Shown: positions 49,505-62,190 of the stretch, piece after piece
Layout: every line of letters begins with the position of its first letter
Position numbering within the stretch: the stretch's first letter is position 1
Assembly (NCBI RefSeq): GCF_016432865.1
Contig: NC_067400.1
Span: 264,802,001 to 264,866,000, forward strand
Direction: 5' to 3'
Source of the DNA: Antechinus flavipes
Taxonomy: Eukaryota
Length of the DNA stretch: 64,000 bases
Notes under the pieces: generated by a model
Told to the model about the DNA's origin: nothing
Seen by the model: the letters and a program-made list of their open reading frames with translations, nothing else
Database searches by the model: none
Translations under genes and position numbers: made by a program

Positions 49505-49715
49505 GAAGAATTATGTTCTAATCTGATTTCAGATACTTGTTAGCTATATGACCCTGGACAAATAGCTTAACTTCTCTGTACCTCAGTTTCCTCAACTGTA
49601 AAATGAGGATAATAAGAACACTTCGCCCCAGGGTTATTGTAAATATCAAATAAATTAACATGTAGGGAATGTCTTTGCAAAACTTAAAACTCCATACAAA
49701 TATCATTGTTACTGC
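49505..49715 (+). mobile_element. MIR
   Basis: ctaatctgatttcagatacttgttagctatatgaccctggac...cctcagtttcctcaactgtaaaatgaggataataagaacac. Confidence 0.8.
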
Positions 49716-49950
49716 TGTCAGTAAGCAAATGTGAGTGGGTTTAGTATTACTAAGTGATGACAGAGCAAGTAGAAATTAGTGATTGATGAAAAGAGAGGTT
49801 AAAAAACTTTTATTTTGTAAAAGTTTGTTTATAGTCAATGTTTCTATCAATATCTATTTATAGATGAAACATAATCAACCAATCAACAACTTGCCATATT
49901 CCATTACATTTCTAATATGCAAAGAATATGAGCAAAAAAAAACAAATAAA

Positions 49951-49989
49951 TGGATGGATGGATGCATGGATGGATGGATGGATGGATGG
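49951..49989. repeat. (TGGA)n microsatellite
   Basis: Read directly; one TGCA variant. Confidence 0.95.
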
Positions 49990-51699
49990 TTAACAGGGAT
50001 ATGAACAAAGGAATATATAAATGAATGGGCAGATTCCCTTACAGCACTATGAGATACATACGTTATTATAATAAAAATCCATGAGGAGCTTGAAATTGTA
50101 TCAACTTTGCATAACTTTGCATAGCTAGTAGTACTGTTATTGGAAAGGCTAGATAATTTCTCTGGGCTTCTTAACCTTTTTCGAAGGGAAGAAGGTAGGG
50201 GCTGTCTCCTCAGCTAATCAATGAACAAATGTTACCTGAGTGGCTGTTTTTTTCAAGGTACTATTTTAGTAGTCACAGGAGATACAAATAAGTATAAGAT
50301 ATAGTCTCTTAACTTGAAGACTTGAAGGTATTTAAAATCTATTTAGAGTTGTGTATATATAGAAACTTAGCCAAACAAGTTCTTTGTAAATAGTAATATG
50401 ATAAAGGCAATGGGATTCAGGAGGGCAGAAAACAAAAGAACAAGTAACAACAGCCTTAATGAGGACATTACCATCTTCCCAATTATTAAGGTGCAAGATA
50501 TGATAATAATAGCAAGAATTTATATAGTATTTAGTATATGCTGGACACTGTGCTAAGTGTTTTATAAATATTATCTCATTTGATTCTCATAACAATCGTT
50601 AGTGGGATCTTTGATTTTTCCTTCTCTTTCAGAGCCATCATATCCTATTACACATCAGGTCCTAACCAATTTATTTCCATAGCATCTCTACTTAGTTTTT
50701 CTTCTCTCAACTTAAACAATAATCACTTGAGCAGCTGGACCATGTCCTTTCTCAGTTGAACTATTGTCTCTCAATCAGTCATCCTAGCTTTAATTTGTCC
50801 CATCTCTAATTCATCCTTCATTTTGTTGCCAAAATAATTTTCCTGAAGCATAAATTCTATTCTGTCATTCCCCTCAAAAACCTTTGTTGGCTCACTATTG
50901 TCTTTTCTACTAAGACTATCATTTAAAGTCCTTCATAAACTGATTCCAATCTACTTTTCCAGGTTCATTTTATGTGATTACCTTTCCCAAGCCCCCATAC
51001 CATGCTTTGGGTAGATATTTGTAAAAATCTGCTGCTGAGCATTGTCTCAGATTTATTTAGTACTTGACAACTTATAAAATGCTTTAGTTAAATAGAACCC
51101 AAGAAACAAGATACACAACTACCTATGTGAAGGGAAAGAATAAAATAAATAAATAAATAAATGCTGAATAATTATGATGACCAAGTCTGGCACCAGCAAG
51201 TTAGGAAAATATACTTCCTTCACTTTTTTCAAAACTAAGAAACTATGTATATAGAATATTGTATATATTGCCAGATGTAGTAGTTTTGTTGACTTTCTAT
51301 TTTTTTTTTCTTTCTCAAGTTTTGTTTATAAAGGACTAACTTTTTGAAAGAGAAATGGGAAGGAAAGAGGGTTATATTTAGAAGTGAATTTGAAGTTTTC
51401 AAAAAAGATGTCTATAAAAATAAAGTTAAAAGTTTTTAATGTTTAATTATGCTGTTTAATTATCATGATAACCATATAATTTTAAATGACTTGCATATGA
51501 TCATACAATTAGCATCATCACTGGTCCTCAAAGACAGATCATCTACTATCAATCCAATATTCTTTATTCATTTTAAGGAGAACATTCAGGTCAAGTATGT
51601 CTTCATTCTTCTCTAGGCTCCATTCCTAACATTCTTGTAAAAACAAGACTTCCTGTACCATGCCATAGAAATCTGGAAGCTCACTCCACCCCTGAACCA

Positions 51700-52290
51700 C
51701 TTCTCACATTCAAAGTACTCACCACAACAAAGAATTGGAAATTGAGGGGATGCCCATCAACTGTATATGTATATGATAATACTATTGTACTATAGGAAAT
51801 GATGAGTAGGATACTTTAAGAAAAACCTGAAATGATTTCTACAACTGAAACAAAATGAAATAAGCAGAACCAAGAAAACATAGTACTCAATGACAACATC
51901 TTATCATTATCAGTTGTGAATTACTTAGCTTTTCTCAACAATACAATGTTCCAAGACAATCTCAAACAACTCATAATGAAAAAAATTCTATCCACTTCCA
52001 GAGAAAGAACTGATGGAATCTGAATACAGATCAAAGTATGGTTTTTTTTTAACTTTATTTTTCTCATTTTTTTCTCCTTGTGGATGGTTAATACGAAATG
52101 TTTTACATGACTGCACATGTATAATCTATATCAAATTACTTGCCATTTCAGGGAGGGAGGTGGAAAAGAATAAAGGGAGAAAACTTAGAACTCAAAAAAT
52201 TTTTAAATAAAGGTTAAAAATTGTTTTCACATATAATTTAGATGTATGTGTATGTATATAAATGTATATGTATTTAAATTTTTTAATTAA
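51700..52290 (+). mobile_element. Old L1 ORF2 end + 3' UTR
   Basis: aaagaattggaaattgagggatgcccatcaac...aatgaaataagcagaaccaag...gaaagaactgatggaatctgaatacagatcaaag. Confidence 0.8.
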
Positions 52291-53764
52291 AAAAAACTAC
52301 TGCAACTTTTCCCTCTGATTGGTTGGTTTCTCCCATAACCTCCAATTTAAGGAGGATACCCAGTCCAGCCATGTCTTCATTTCTCTCTAGCTTTGAATTC
52401 CTCACTCTCTGGACTTTCTATACTATGCCTCCACCTTAGATATTTTCATTTCCTTTCACCCCTTTTCAGTTTTTTTTATAATGTGTTATCTTCCCCTACT
52501 AGAATGTAAATTCCTCGAGGTCAGAGACCCTCATTCTTTTTGCTTGTATTTATATTCTCAGTACAGTGTCTAGAGCACAATAAATGCTTGTTGATTTGAT
52601 TGTTACCACCTTCTTTCACAGAAATCATGGGAGCCAAGCAGCTTCAAATATCCCATTAATCAATGAGTCAATATGATATTACAAAATCAAATTTAGAGAA
52701 CAAAGGTTACAATCCTTGATTATGCTATTTTATAAATATAGCTTCGGTTTTTAATATTCAGTTTTAATTCAGAGGATTCCCTCATAGCTTAATTTCATTC
52801 AGACCTAATGCCTTTGGATTCAAGCCAGTTCCCACAGCCTTCTAACAAAGCAGACAGAAACAATATGATTTTCACATTTTCATAATCTCATCCATCGTCC
52901 TACTCTCCCTTTTTCCCACACAAAATTTACTGACATCTGATACTCCCACAAACTGCAGCCCTTATTTAGGACTTTCTCAATTTTTAGTAAAATGGTAGAA
53001 TATTCTTGGTCCTTTATGTGCTACATATCAATATTTATTTTGATGTCAGTTTCTTCCACATATTTTCACCAAAATAAAATTCTGAGGTGGACATGGAAAA
53101 CTTATGAAATCAAAGCTTTTCATTTAGGCAGCATGATATAGTAGGAAAAAATGCAGGCATTTGATTCCCAGGAGTTCACCTCTAATAGCAACTACCTTTG
53201 TGACTTTGGGCAAATCATTTAACCTGTCTATGCTGAAGCATTTTCCCTCTATCTGTAAAATATGAGGACTTCACCAAATGACCTCTCAGGTAACACTCAA
53301 GCTCTACATTTTTGATCTCCTGAGTTGAAATAGGGATGTTTTGGCTAGAGAGATAAACAAGAGGGGGAATGCGCAAGTGTCCTTTGGCCCACAGCTTTGC
53401 AATCTTTCCAAACTTTTCAAAAAATTATAGATAGGGGAAAAATGCCTTTAAACTGATATGTTAATTCCTCAGAGTCAATGAAAACACTGATATCACAGAA
53501 TAGATTAACTCCATTTTAAATCTCAGAAACATAAAGGAAGAGAGCTGGTTTTAACATTGCAAGTCTTATTTCTAAAACAAAAAGTAATTGCTCATAGTTA
53601 CTTAGAAATCTCTAATCACCAGACTGAACCATTTTTAGAATACACCATCATTTATAATACATGGGAAGTCATTTTGTACTTTGTACCAAACCACAAACAC
53701 ATGACCCATAGTTCAATCCATCAGGAGCTAAAATGTGATCAGCTTTTTTTTTTTTTTTTGAGAC

Positions 53765-54065
53765 ATGTGCAGCAAATTGCTTTTCCTAATTAGCGTAGAT
53801 GAAGACATAAGCACACACACCACTTACCGCTCTGGGATAAAATTGACTTTCAAATGAAATTTAATGGGCCAGCCTGATGGTAATATTCTACTATACCAGG
53901 CAGGAGGCCTGGATTTGGCTCTCTCACAATGGAATGAGAAGAAGGGCATTTTTATCACAGTGAGAGCAAGAGAGGAGAGAATAATTTCTCTCCAGAACAA
54001 ATTTAGTACTGCTTTAATGACGTGGAACAATGAAGAAGCTTCAAGAGAGAACAACAAGGAAGTTG
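53765..54065. promoter_or_regulatory. Non-repetitive, motif-dense segment (possible conserved enhancer)
   Basis: Clustered homeobox-like TAAT cores (ctaatta, tttaatggg, ttaatga), a TGACGT half-CRE, and no repeat signature. Conservation not tested. Confidence 0.25.
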
Positions 54066-55006
54066 CTTGTTTTTTTTTTTTTTTTTTTTTTAAGCAGTAT
54101 GCATGGAATGTTGAAAAAGATCTAGAAAAACAATAGTATTGGGCACAAACTCTTTTCTTCTTTAGAATTTGCAGAGAGGCTCTGGAAAGGTTGTGATAGC
54201 ATTAAACTCAAAGTCAGCAGAGATCTGAATCCCTACCTTTTAGTAGCTTTGGGACCAGGACCTACAGCCTGTTTGCTCATCCATAAAATGGGTAATGACA
54301 AAGAAGAAAGTAACTCATTGATTGTTGTGAGGATCTAACAAGTTCATGTAAGAAAAACTTTATTGTTATTTTTCCCCAAATGTCTTTTTTATTTATTTAT
54401 TTATTTATTTTTATTTTAATAGCATATTAGTTTTCCAGTTAAGAAAAGCACTTTAAATGCTTTATAAATGTCAGCTATTATTATCACTAATACTATTACT
54501 ATTACTAAGATTAATTGTTTTCATCAAGCTGTTCTGTAATAAAAATAGCCCTATTTTATTGATGTGCAAATTGAAACATGGCAATGGAATGATTATTTTT
54601 CAACTGTATTTAAAGTAGAGTTAGAATTTCAAAATTATGAGTCTCAAATCCTAATCCTTATTCAGTCAAATTGGATCAACAAGAATTTATTCCTTTTGTG
54701 GGCTATCTTACCCCATTGGACTGTAAGCTCCTTGAAGATATCTTTATTGTCTCATTTATAACCGCAGTACTTAACAAAGTTCTTGGCATATCTAAGAGCT
54801 TAATTTTTATAGATTAAATTTTGAATTGAATTGTTTAAACACCTAGTATGTGCCAGGCACTGAATTGAGTGCTGGAAATAAGAAGAAAGGAGAGTCCCAA
54901 GCTGGGGGAGCTCTAATGTAAAGGAAGAAATAACAGGTAAACAACTATGGATAAAGAATTTATATATATGGAATAAATTGGAGATAATCTTAAAGGGAAA
55001 GCATTA

Positions 55007-56045
55007 CATTCTCCAATTGATAAATGGTCAAAGGATATGAACAGACAATTTTCAGATGATGAAATTGAAACTATTACCACTCATATGAAAGAGTGTTCCA
55101 AATCACTATTGATCAGAGAAATGCAAATTAAGACAACTCTGAGATACCACTACACACCTGTCAGATTGGCTAAGATGACAGGAAAAAATAATGATGAATG
55201 TTGGAGGGGATGCAGGAAAACTGGGACACTGATGCATTGTTGGTGGAGTTGTGAACGAATCCAACCATTCTGGAGAGCAATCTGGAATTATGCCCCAAAA
55301 GTTATCAATCTGTGCATACCCTTTGATCTAGCAGTGCTACTACTGGGCTTATACCCCAAAGAGATCTTAAAAAAAGGAAAGGGACCTGTATGTGCCAAAA
55401 TGTTTGTGGCAGCCCTGTTTGTAGTGGCTAGAAACTGGAAAATGAATGGATGCCCATCAATTGGAGAATGGCTGGGTAAATTGTGGTATATGAATGTTAT
55501 GGAATATCATTGTTCTGTAAGAAATGACCAGCAGGATGAATACAGAGAGGCTTGGAGAGACGAACTGATGCTCAGTGAAATGAGCAGAACCAGGAGATCA
55601 TTATACACTTCAACAATGATACTGTATGAGGATGTATTCTGATGGAAGTGGATTTCTTTGACAAAGAGACCTAACTCAGTTTCAATTGATCAACGATGGA
55701 CAGAATTAGCTACACCCAAAGAAAGAATACTGGGAAATGAATGTAAACTGTTTGCATTTTTGTTTTTCTTCCTGGGTTATTTATACCTTCTGAATCCAAT
55801 TCTCCCTGTGCAACAAGAGAACTGTTTAGTTCTGCACACATATATTGTATCTAGGATATGCTGTGACATATTTAACATATATAGGACTGCTTGCCATCTG
55901 GAGGAGGGGGTGGAGGGAGAGAGGGGAAAAATCGGAACAGAAGTGAGTGCAAGGGATAATGCTGTAAAAAATTACCCTGGCATGGGTTCTGTCAATAAAA
56001 AGTTATTATAATAAAAATTTTAAAAAAGAAAAGAAGAGGGGGGAA
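55007..56045 (+). mobile_element. Young 5'-truncated L1 (about 1.04 kb) with 15-bp TSD, inserted into an L2 fragment
   Basis: TSD aaagggaaagcatta at 54992-55006 and 56046-56060; ORF2 C-terminus, 3' UTR with G-tract, A/G-rich tail. Confidence 0.95.
55037..55642 (+). CDS. L1 ORF2p C-terminal domain fragment (201 aa, Cys-rich CWRGC...HCWWSC motif), not a host gene
   Basis: REMQIKTTLRYHYTPVRLAKM, CWRGC.KTGTLMHCWW and W.GKLWY....EY are hallmark L1 ORF2 C-terminal motifs. Frame is open back to the 5' junction. Confidence 0.93.
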   Translation: MNRQFSDDEIETITTHMKECSKSLLIREMQIKTTLRYHYTPVRLAKMTGKNNDECWRGCRKTGTLMHCWWSCERIQPFWRAIWNYAPKVINLCIPFDLAVLLLGLYPKEILKKGKGPVCAKMFVAALFVVARNWKMNGCPSIGEWLGKLWYMNVMEYHCSVRNDQQDEYREAWRDELMLSEMSRTRRSLYTSTMILYEDVF

Positions 56046-58539
56046 AAAGGGAAAGCATTAACATTAAGGGGATTTGGGAAAGATTTCTTGCATGAGATGG
56101 GATTTTAGCTGGAACCTGAGGGAAGCAAGGAGGTGGAAAGAAGCATGGGAGACAGTCAGTAAAAATGCAATTAGAAAACAGAGTGTCTTGAGCAAGCAGC
56201 ATTAAGAAAGGCAATGCAACTGAATCACATGAAAGGAAACAAAGTATGAGAAGACTAGAAACATTGAAAGGAAACAGCTTATGAAGAATTTTGAAAGCCA
56301 AATAGAGTATTTTATATTTGATCCTGGAGATAATAAAGCCTAGAGTTTACCAAATATGAAGCAAAACATGACCAGTCTTGCATTTTAAAGTCATTTTTTT
56401 TCACTTGAGTGGAGTATAGGTGGGAGTGGAGAGAAGCTTGAGGTGGACAGAACAATCATAAGATTATTGCAATTGTCCTGACATGAGTTAATGAGAAGAA
56501 AAGGAAAATTCCAAAAACCATAAGACTTCTCTATCACTAATTCAATGTCCATTACTTAAAAAAAAAAAAAAAGGACTTGTCTATGAAGCTGAGACAAAAT
56601 CTTTATAATATTTTGACAGAACTGAGCTTTGAACCTCCATGATCAGATCCAAGACCTAATGTTTATAACATAGCAAGGATGACCCCATCCCTGACAGGCA
56701 CTTAAAGGTTGGGCAGAGACATTGGAGATGCAGGGGTTGCAGCAATACAGTGGGTTCAGTACCAAAGACAAGGAGGTCTGAATTTCAGATTTCATTATGT
56801 TTCCTTCAGTGCAAAAGAGGACAGAAAGTTCCTTCCTAGGTAGAGCCACATTTTTTTTTTTTTCTGCTCACTTCTTTGGTAGGTCCCTTCTTGCTTCTCT
56901 AGTGTCTTTAATAAAGGCCATGTCTGTATAATATTACTCTGTAGAAAGATAAAAATAAGAATAAATCAGTGTGACATAGTAGAGAGCTAAGCTTAGAATT
57001 AGAAATATCTAGGTTCAAATGCTAGCTACATCACCATGGGATAAATCACTTAAATTCTCTGAGTGTCATATGGTAACATGGATAATTTAAACCAAACCAG
57101 TGACCTGTCAATAGTATTTTTCTCCATGTATTATTTGAATAATTACCTCAATATTAAATTTAATTTTATTTTGCTGACATAACCAGTGTGCTCATTCATT
57201 TCTACTGAAATCTTTATTGTGACAGTCTCTATATGGGAAAAGTTCTGTTTTTAGAGTTAGATGGAAAAAAATCCTCTTTTAAATCTTTACTCTTCAACAT
57301 ATTGTCTATGTGATCCTGGGCCCTCTCTATGCTTCAGTTTCAGTAAAATGGAGAAACTACTATCGATCCCAGAATTGTTGTAAAACCCAAGAAAAAGTAT
57401 GTCAAGCACATTGTAAACTTTAAATTGCTGCACAAAGGTCAGTTTTCTTTCTGATCACTGTCTACTTTAGTTTTAAGTACAAAGACAGTTCCTAATCATT
57501 CAAATAGAAAGCATTAGAGAATAAACTACTCTTCAAATATGAGATAGCCAAAACAAGTCCATTTTGTTGATAAGGGGTTAAGTTGTAAACAGTGATATCA
57601 AGCTGTGGTAACTGGTACTAAAGTCCAGAAAGAGAGAGACAAAGAAAGACTGGAAGAAAAAGAAGGTGTGAATGAGAGATGGAGAAAGGAAATATGACAA
57701 AGCTGTCCCCCACATGGAGCATTAGAGTGTCATTGTGTGACTCAAAGGGAGGCAGGACAGATATCTCTAGCTGATCCTCTTCCCAACCTCCCTTTCTTCA
57801 AGGGAGATTTTAATCCCTACCAGGAGAGGAAGCAAGAGATTGACTTAGAAACTTAGTCATTCTGCTCTCCTCAGAGAGGAGTACCAGGGGGAACTTGTAT
57901 CTATTGATTCCCCCTATATTGTTAGACTAGGGAATATGATTTTCAGGTTAAGTCTAAACATCTAATGGCTATTTCTTAGTGGAGGATGGATGAACCAAGT
58001 TTTGTATCCAAAACTTGACTCTCTTTCTACCAAATACCATTTTCATAATGAACACATATAAGAAGCAGAAAAGAAATCCATTTATTCAAGTCCATAGTAA
58101 AACAGAAATCAGATTAAGTTATACATAGGAGAATATATACCATAGTGAAGGAGCTGTCCCACTTAGAAAAAGGAAACTCATCTCAACCAAAGGAGTCCTG
58201 GATATCATACAACAGACCATGCTGAGAATAGGAATGTGATGGAGACTGATAACTCCTCTATTATTGGCTTCCTCTAAGAATCTTATTCTCCCTTCCTCAA
58301 ATTAAAGGAAGCTAGCATTGTCCACCTTCTTTCAAGAAGAGGAAAGCCAGAAGTGTCTGAAGCAACTGCAGATTCTGAAGAGATTGTACAAAGATATACA
58401 AAGAGCTCTCCTCTCTCTCCTGCTGAACTCCATCCTGCTTCTCAAATAGGGACAAGGCATTGACCTCCATTAATAAGGAGAAAGTTCCCCACCAATGAAC
58501 TTTGGGACTTGGGTTATAGAAAGAAAGAAGCAATCACCA

Positions 58540-58760
58540 AGTGCCTACTATGTACCAATTACTATGCTATATACTTTATACATATTACCTCATTTGATCC
58601 TTACAATAACCTTGTGAGGTAGGTGATATTATCCTCATTTTACTTCCCTCAGACCCTGAGGCAGACAACATCAGATAGGGTTATGCAATTAAAGAGTATA
58701 TGAGGCCATGTTTGAATTCAAGTCTTCCTGAAACCAAGTCCTCCTCTATCCACTGTGCCC
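58540..58760 (-). mobile_element. MIR
   Basis: tacctcatttgatccttacaataaccttgtgaggtaggtgatattatcctcatttta...gtttgaattcaagtcttcctg. Confidence 0.8.
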
Positions 58761-58764
58761 CTGA

Positions 58765-59115
58765 AAGAAAAGGAAGATGAAAATGGGGAAAGAGAAACAG
58801 AGAGAGGGAAAGAGGGAAGAAAGGAGGGGAAGAGAAGAGAAGATGAGGAGAAGGAGAGAGAAAGACAGAAAGGGAGAAAGGAAATAAGGAAAGGAAAAAG
58901 AGACAGTGAGAAAGAGAATGAGAGAAGGTGGGAGGGAGAGAAGGAAAGAAGGAAGAGAGAGGAAGAGACAAAAAGAGACAGAGGGGGAAGGGAGAAGGAT
59001 GGAAGCAGTGAAGGAAGGGAGAGGAGAGAGACAGAAAGACAGACACAAAGAAAGACAGAGAAAGACAGAGAGACCAAAGGGGTGAGGCAAAATGTGAGGG
59101 AGGAAGGGAAAGAGA
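58765..59115. repeat. About 350-bp polypurine (GA-rich) low-complexity tract
   Basis: Almost exclusively A/G on plus (gaaagagggaagaaaggagggaagagaag...). Confidence 0.92.
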
Positions 59116-60313
59116 CAGCAATAAAATTTACCCCTTCCAAAGCTCAGCCAGGTAATCACAGACATTATTCTGTCTAAAGGTATACAAGAAAAGATAAAAG
59201 CAAGAAAGGGGTAAGAATAGGGACTAGACCTTTGATTTCAATGATACAAACTCTTTCCACAAAGCAGACTGATATCTTCTCTTCAATTTCTGATCCTTGA
59301 GAGCTGCCTTATACACTGAGATCTTATGTGATTGCTCCAGGTCACACAGCCAATGTGTGTCAGTGACAGGACATGAACCCAGCTCTTTATCCATTATATC
59401 ACAGTCTCCCCAACCCTTCTCCCTCAACCCCCACCAAAAAAATTCTTTGACTATGGGTTAAAGTTTGCAATGAATGTGGATTCTTTAATCCCAGAACCCT
59501 GTGAAATTGGACAATGGCATTCATTCAAATGCTCATGGTGAAATCATTTTTCTGTAAATCAATATATCCCCATAAATTGCTTTTCTTTTTTATTTTGTTT
59601 TGTTGAGACTGCCCCTCTACTTTTTTTTTTTTTTTATTTCAAGTAAAGCACCAAACAAAGCCTAGGGAGACAATAAAAGCATTAAAATAAAATGTCAGAG
59701 TCAACATCAATGAATGCCTTTGTGACTCTGGGAATGGAGAAAGCAGTGATGTCCCAGTTGGGAATAATTTAAAATTTCCATTGAGAAAAGGATACTTATT
59801 TGCACAGAAACAATTCTCTCTAAAGGACTTCTCATGGGGGCAGCCCCAGAGTGGAACTCAAGAGAATTCAATTCCATAACCACCGTGAAGAAAAAAGGTT
59901 TGTTGGTTCACAAGTGATTTTTTTTTTTAAATGTCTTATAAAATAAAATACTTTTTAAGTAAAGATTATTTTGAAAGTAAAAGACATTGAGGATAGACTT
60001 TTCTCTTCAGTAGTATAAGCATATAATGGACTGAATGATGTTAAAGAAAAAAAATCACAATTTCTTTTAAAGGTAAGGACTATCATATATTGATATACAT
60101 TTCATAAAAAATGTCCAGCCATGGCTAGAAAATGATGTAGTTGATGCTCATCATGTTCTCTGAGCACAGACATGGGAAGGCCACAACACATAGCTTTGAG
60201 GACTTTGCAGGGACTAAAAATGTTCTTTATAGTATTAGCTTAAGAATTTATCATGTTTGCTTCTGTATTCCCATAATTATTTGATGGGTTTGAAAAAATT
60301 CCTCTTGGAAAAG

Positions 60314-60373
60314 TGTTAAACTGAACTGTTAAATTCTTGCTGAATTGTTAAATTCTTAAACTGAAATGTTAAA
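60314..60373. repeat. Short degenerate tandem repeat, 19-21-bp unit, about 3 copies
   Basis: ctgaactgttaaattcttg / ctgaattgttaaattcttaaa / ctgaaatgttaaa. Confidence 0.75.
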
Positions 60374-61039
60374 GGAAATTATATGATTATTCCAACAAGT
60401 GTTTTTGGGGTCTACAGACTATACTCTCAGGCACTATCACTTAAGATACAAAAGGTAGGAATACAATTTTACTTGGATAACCCATATTACTCTTCCATTC
60501 TAGTCAAACCGCCTTTGAATTCTCAGGTCACAACATTCTATCTCCCATCTCCAGGCTTTTATCCAAGTAATATTACCTCCACCCATGCATTCCATTTCAA
60601 CACAGTATAGGAGCCACCTCCTACACAAGGCTTTTTCCTGATTGCCCCAGTTATTAAGTGTCTCCTTATTAAAATTATCTTATATTACTTTGTTCACATT
60701 TTATAATTACTTATTTGTACCTAGTAGGTTCCATACAGCAAAAGTGAGAACCTTGAAATCAGGGGAGGGGGGGAAATTTTTCATTGTATTCTCAATCCTA
60801 GCATACTGCCTTGAGAAAAATAGGTGCTTGATAAAATGCTTATTGAATTGAATTGAGTATTACCCAGGCCACTATATGAAATATTTTAATCATATCTCTC
60901 TCGCATCTTTGGCCATATCATTGACACAACTGAATTAGCTGACTCATGGAAAATTTGATGACATTAACAATTTGTTTTGCCATAATTTTCCAGTAATTAA
61001 GATGGTTAAATTTTTTTCCAATTTTTTTTTTAAATATCT

Positions 61040-61430
61040 AAATCAATGCAACCTTTTAGTGATGAAAATGATAGAGATCATAAAAATTTGCTGAGACTCC
61101 AAATCACTGATAATAAGAGAAATGCGAATCTAAACAACTCTGAGATTTCATCTTTCATACCCTACAAAGCGACAAAGATTATAAAAGATAGATTCCTATC
61201 TGTTAAGGTCAAAGGGGTTCTGGGAAGATAGGCATATTATTGGTGGAGCTGTGACTTAATATAAACATTTTAGAAAACAGTTTGTAGTCATGCAAATTAA
61301 AATGACTAAAATATCCATCTTCTTTGGTAGAGAATCCATTTTTAGGCTTATAGTTCAAAGAGGATATTGGTAAGAAGTTCCCATATACACCAAAATATTT
61401 ATAGCAGCACTTTTTATGGTAGCAAAGAAT
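61040..61430 (+). mobile_element. Old L1 ORF2 C-terminal fragment
   Basis: agagaaatgcgaatctaaacaactctgagatttcatc (REM.I.TTLRFH); aaaatatttatagcagcactttttatggtagcaaagaattg. Confidence 0.7.
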
Positions 61431-61974
61431 TGACCCTCCATGCCAACTGCTCTGATCTATTTGCCTTCAATGTCTGTTTGCATTTTCCCCCCTTCAAATT
61501 GGCCTTCTAATGACATTTTCAATTGCTTTTACATGGGGAGGGTATATCTTAATATATTTATTTTATTAAATGGATTGTTTGAGACCTTGGGCTCTGAGTG
61601 ACTGATTATACCAGATGCATGACCTTAGACCTGGTACTCTAGAACACTGAGAGATTTAAATGTCTTGCCCAAAGACATAAAGCTAGTTATGTACTAAGAG
61701 TGGAATTCAGGTCATCCTAACTCTTAGGTCAGCTCTCTAACTACTGACCCCAGCTGCTTTTAAGTAAGAGAAAAGATATAGTATAATGGATAAAGAGATA
61801 AAGTTCTAAGCAAAATTTTCTAGGAAAATGAGAATATTTTCAATTGGGAGAACCTGGAAAGTCTTCGTGGAAGAGGTGACATCTAGGCTAAACATATCTT
61901 TTATGAGATCTTCAAAATTTTTGATATTCCAGAATTCTCCCTATTTTTCCTATCCTTCCTTTTTATTTATGATT

Positions 61975-62190
61975 AAGTTTATTATTTATTAAAGGTTTTT
62001 ATTTGCAAAACATATGCGTGGGTAATTTTTCAACATTGACCTTTGCAAAACCTTCTATTCCAAATTTTCCCCTCCTTCCCCCTTTCCCCTAGATGGCAGG
62101 TAGACCAATATATTAAATATGTTAAAATATATGTTAAATCCAATATATGCATACATATTTATACAGTTATCTTGATGCACAAGAAATATG
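61975..62190 (-). mobile_element. Marsupial L1 3' UTR, antisense
   Basis: ttttcaacattgacctttgcaaaaccttctattccaaattttccc...cccctagatggcagg. Confidence 0.8.

Noticed and set aside
55658-56011. 117-aa ORF, and similar ORFs at 5367-5585
   Set aside because: Chance frames in the L1 3' UTR, not preserved among the other copies in the window.
58681-59177. Four overlapping 139-146-aa ORFs (Ser/Leu/Phe-rich or Glu/Arg/Lys-rich)
   Set aside because: By-product of the GA-rich tract, which lacks T on one strand and so lacks stops; no domain signal.
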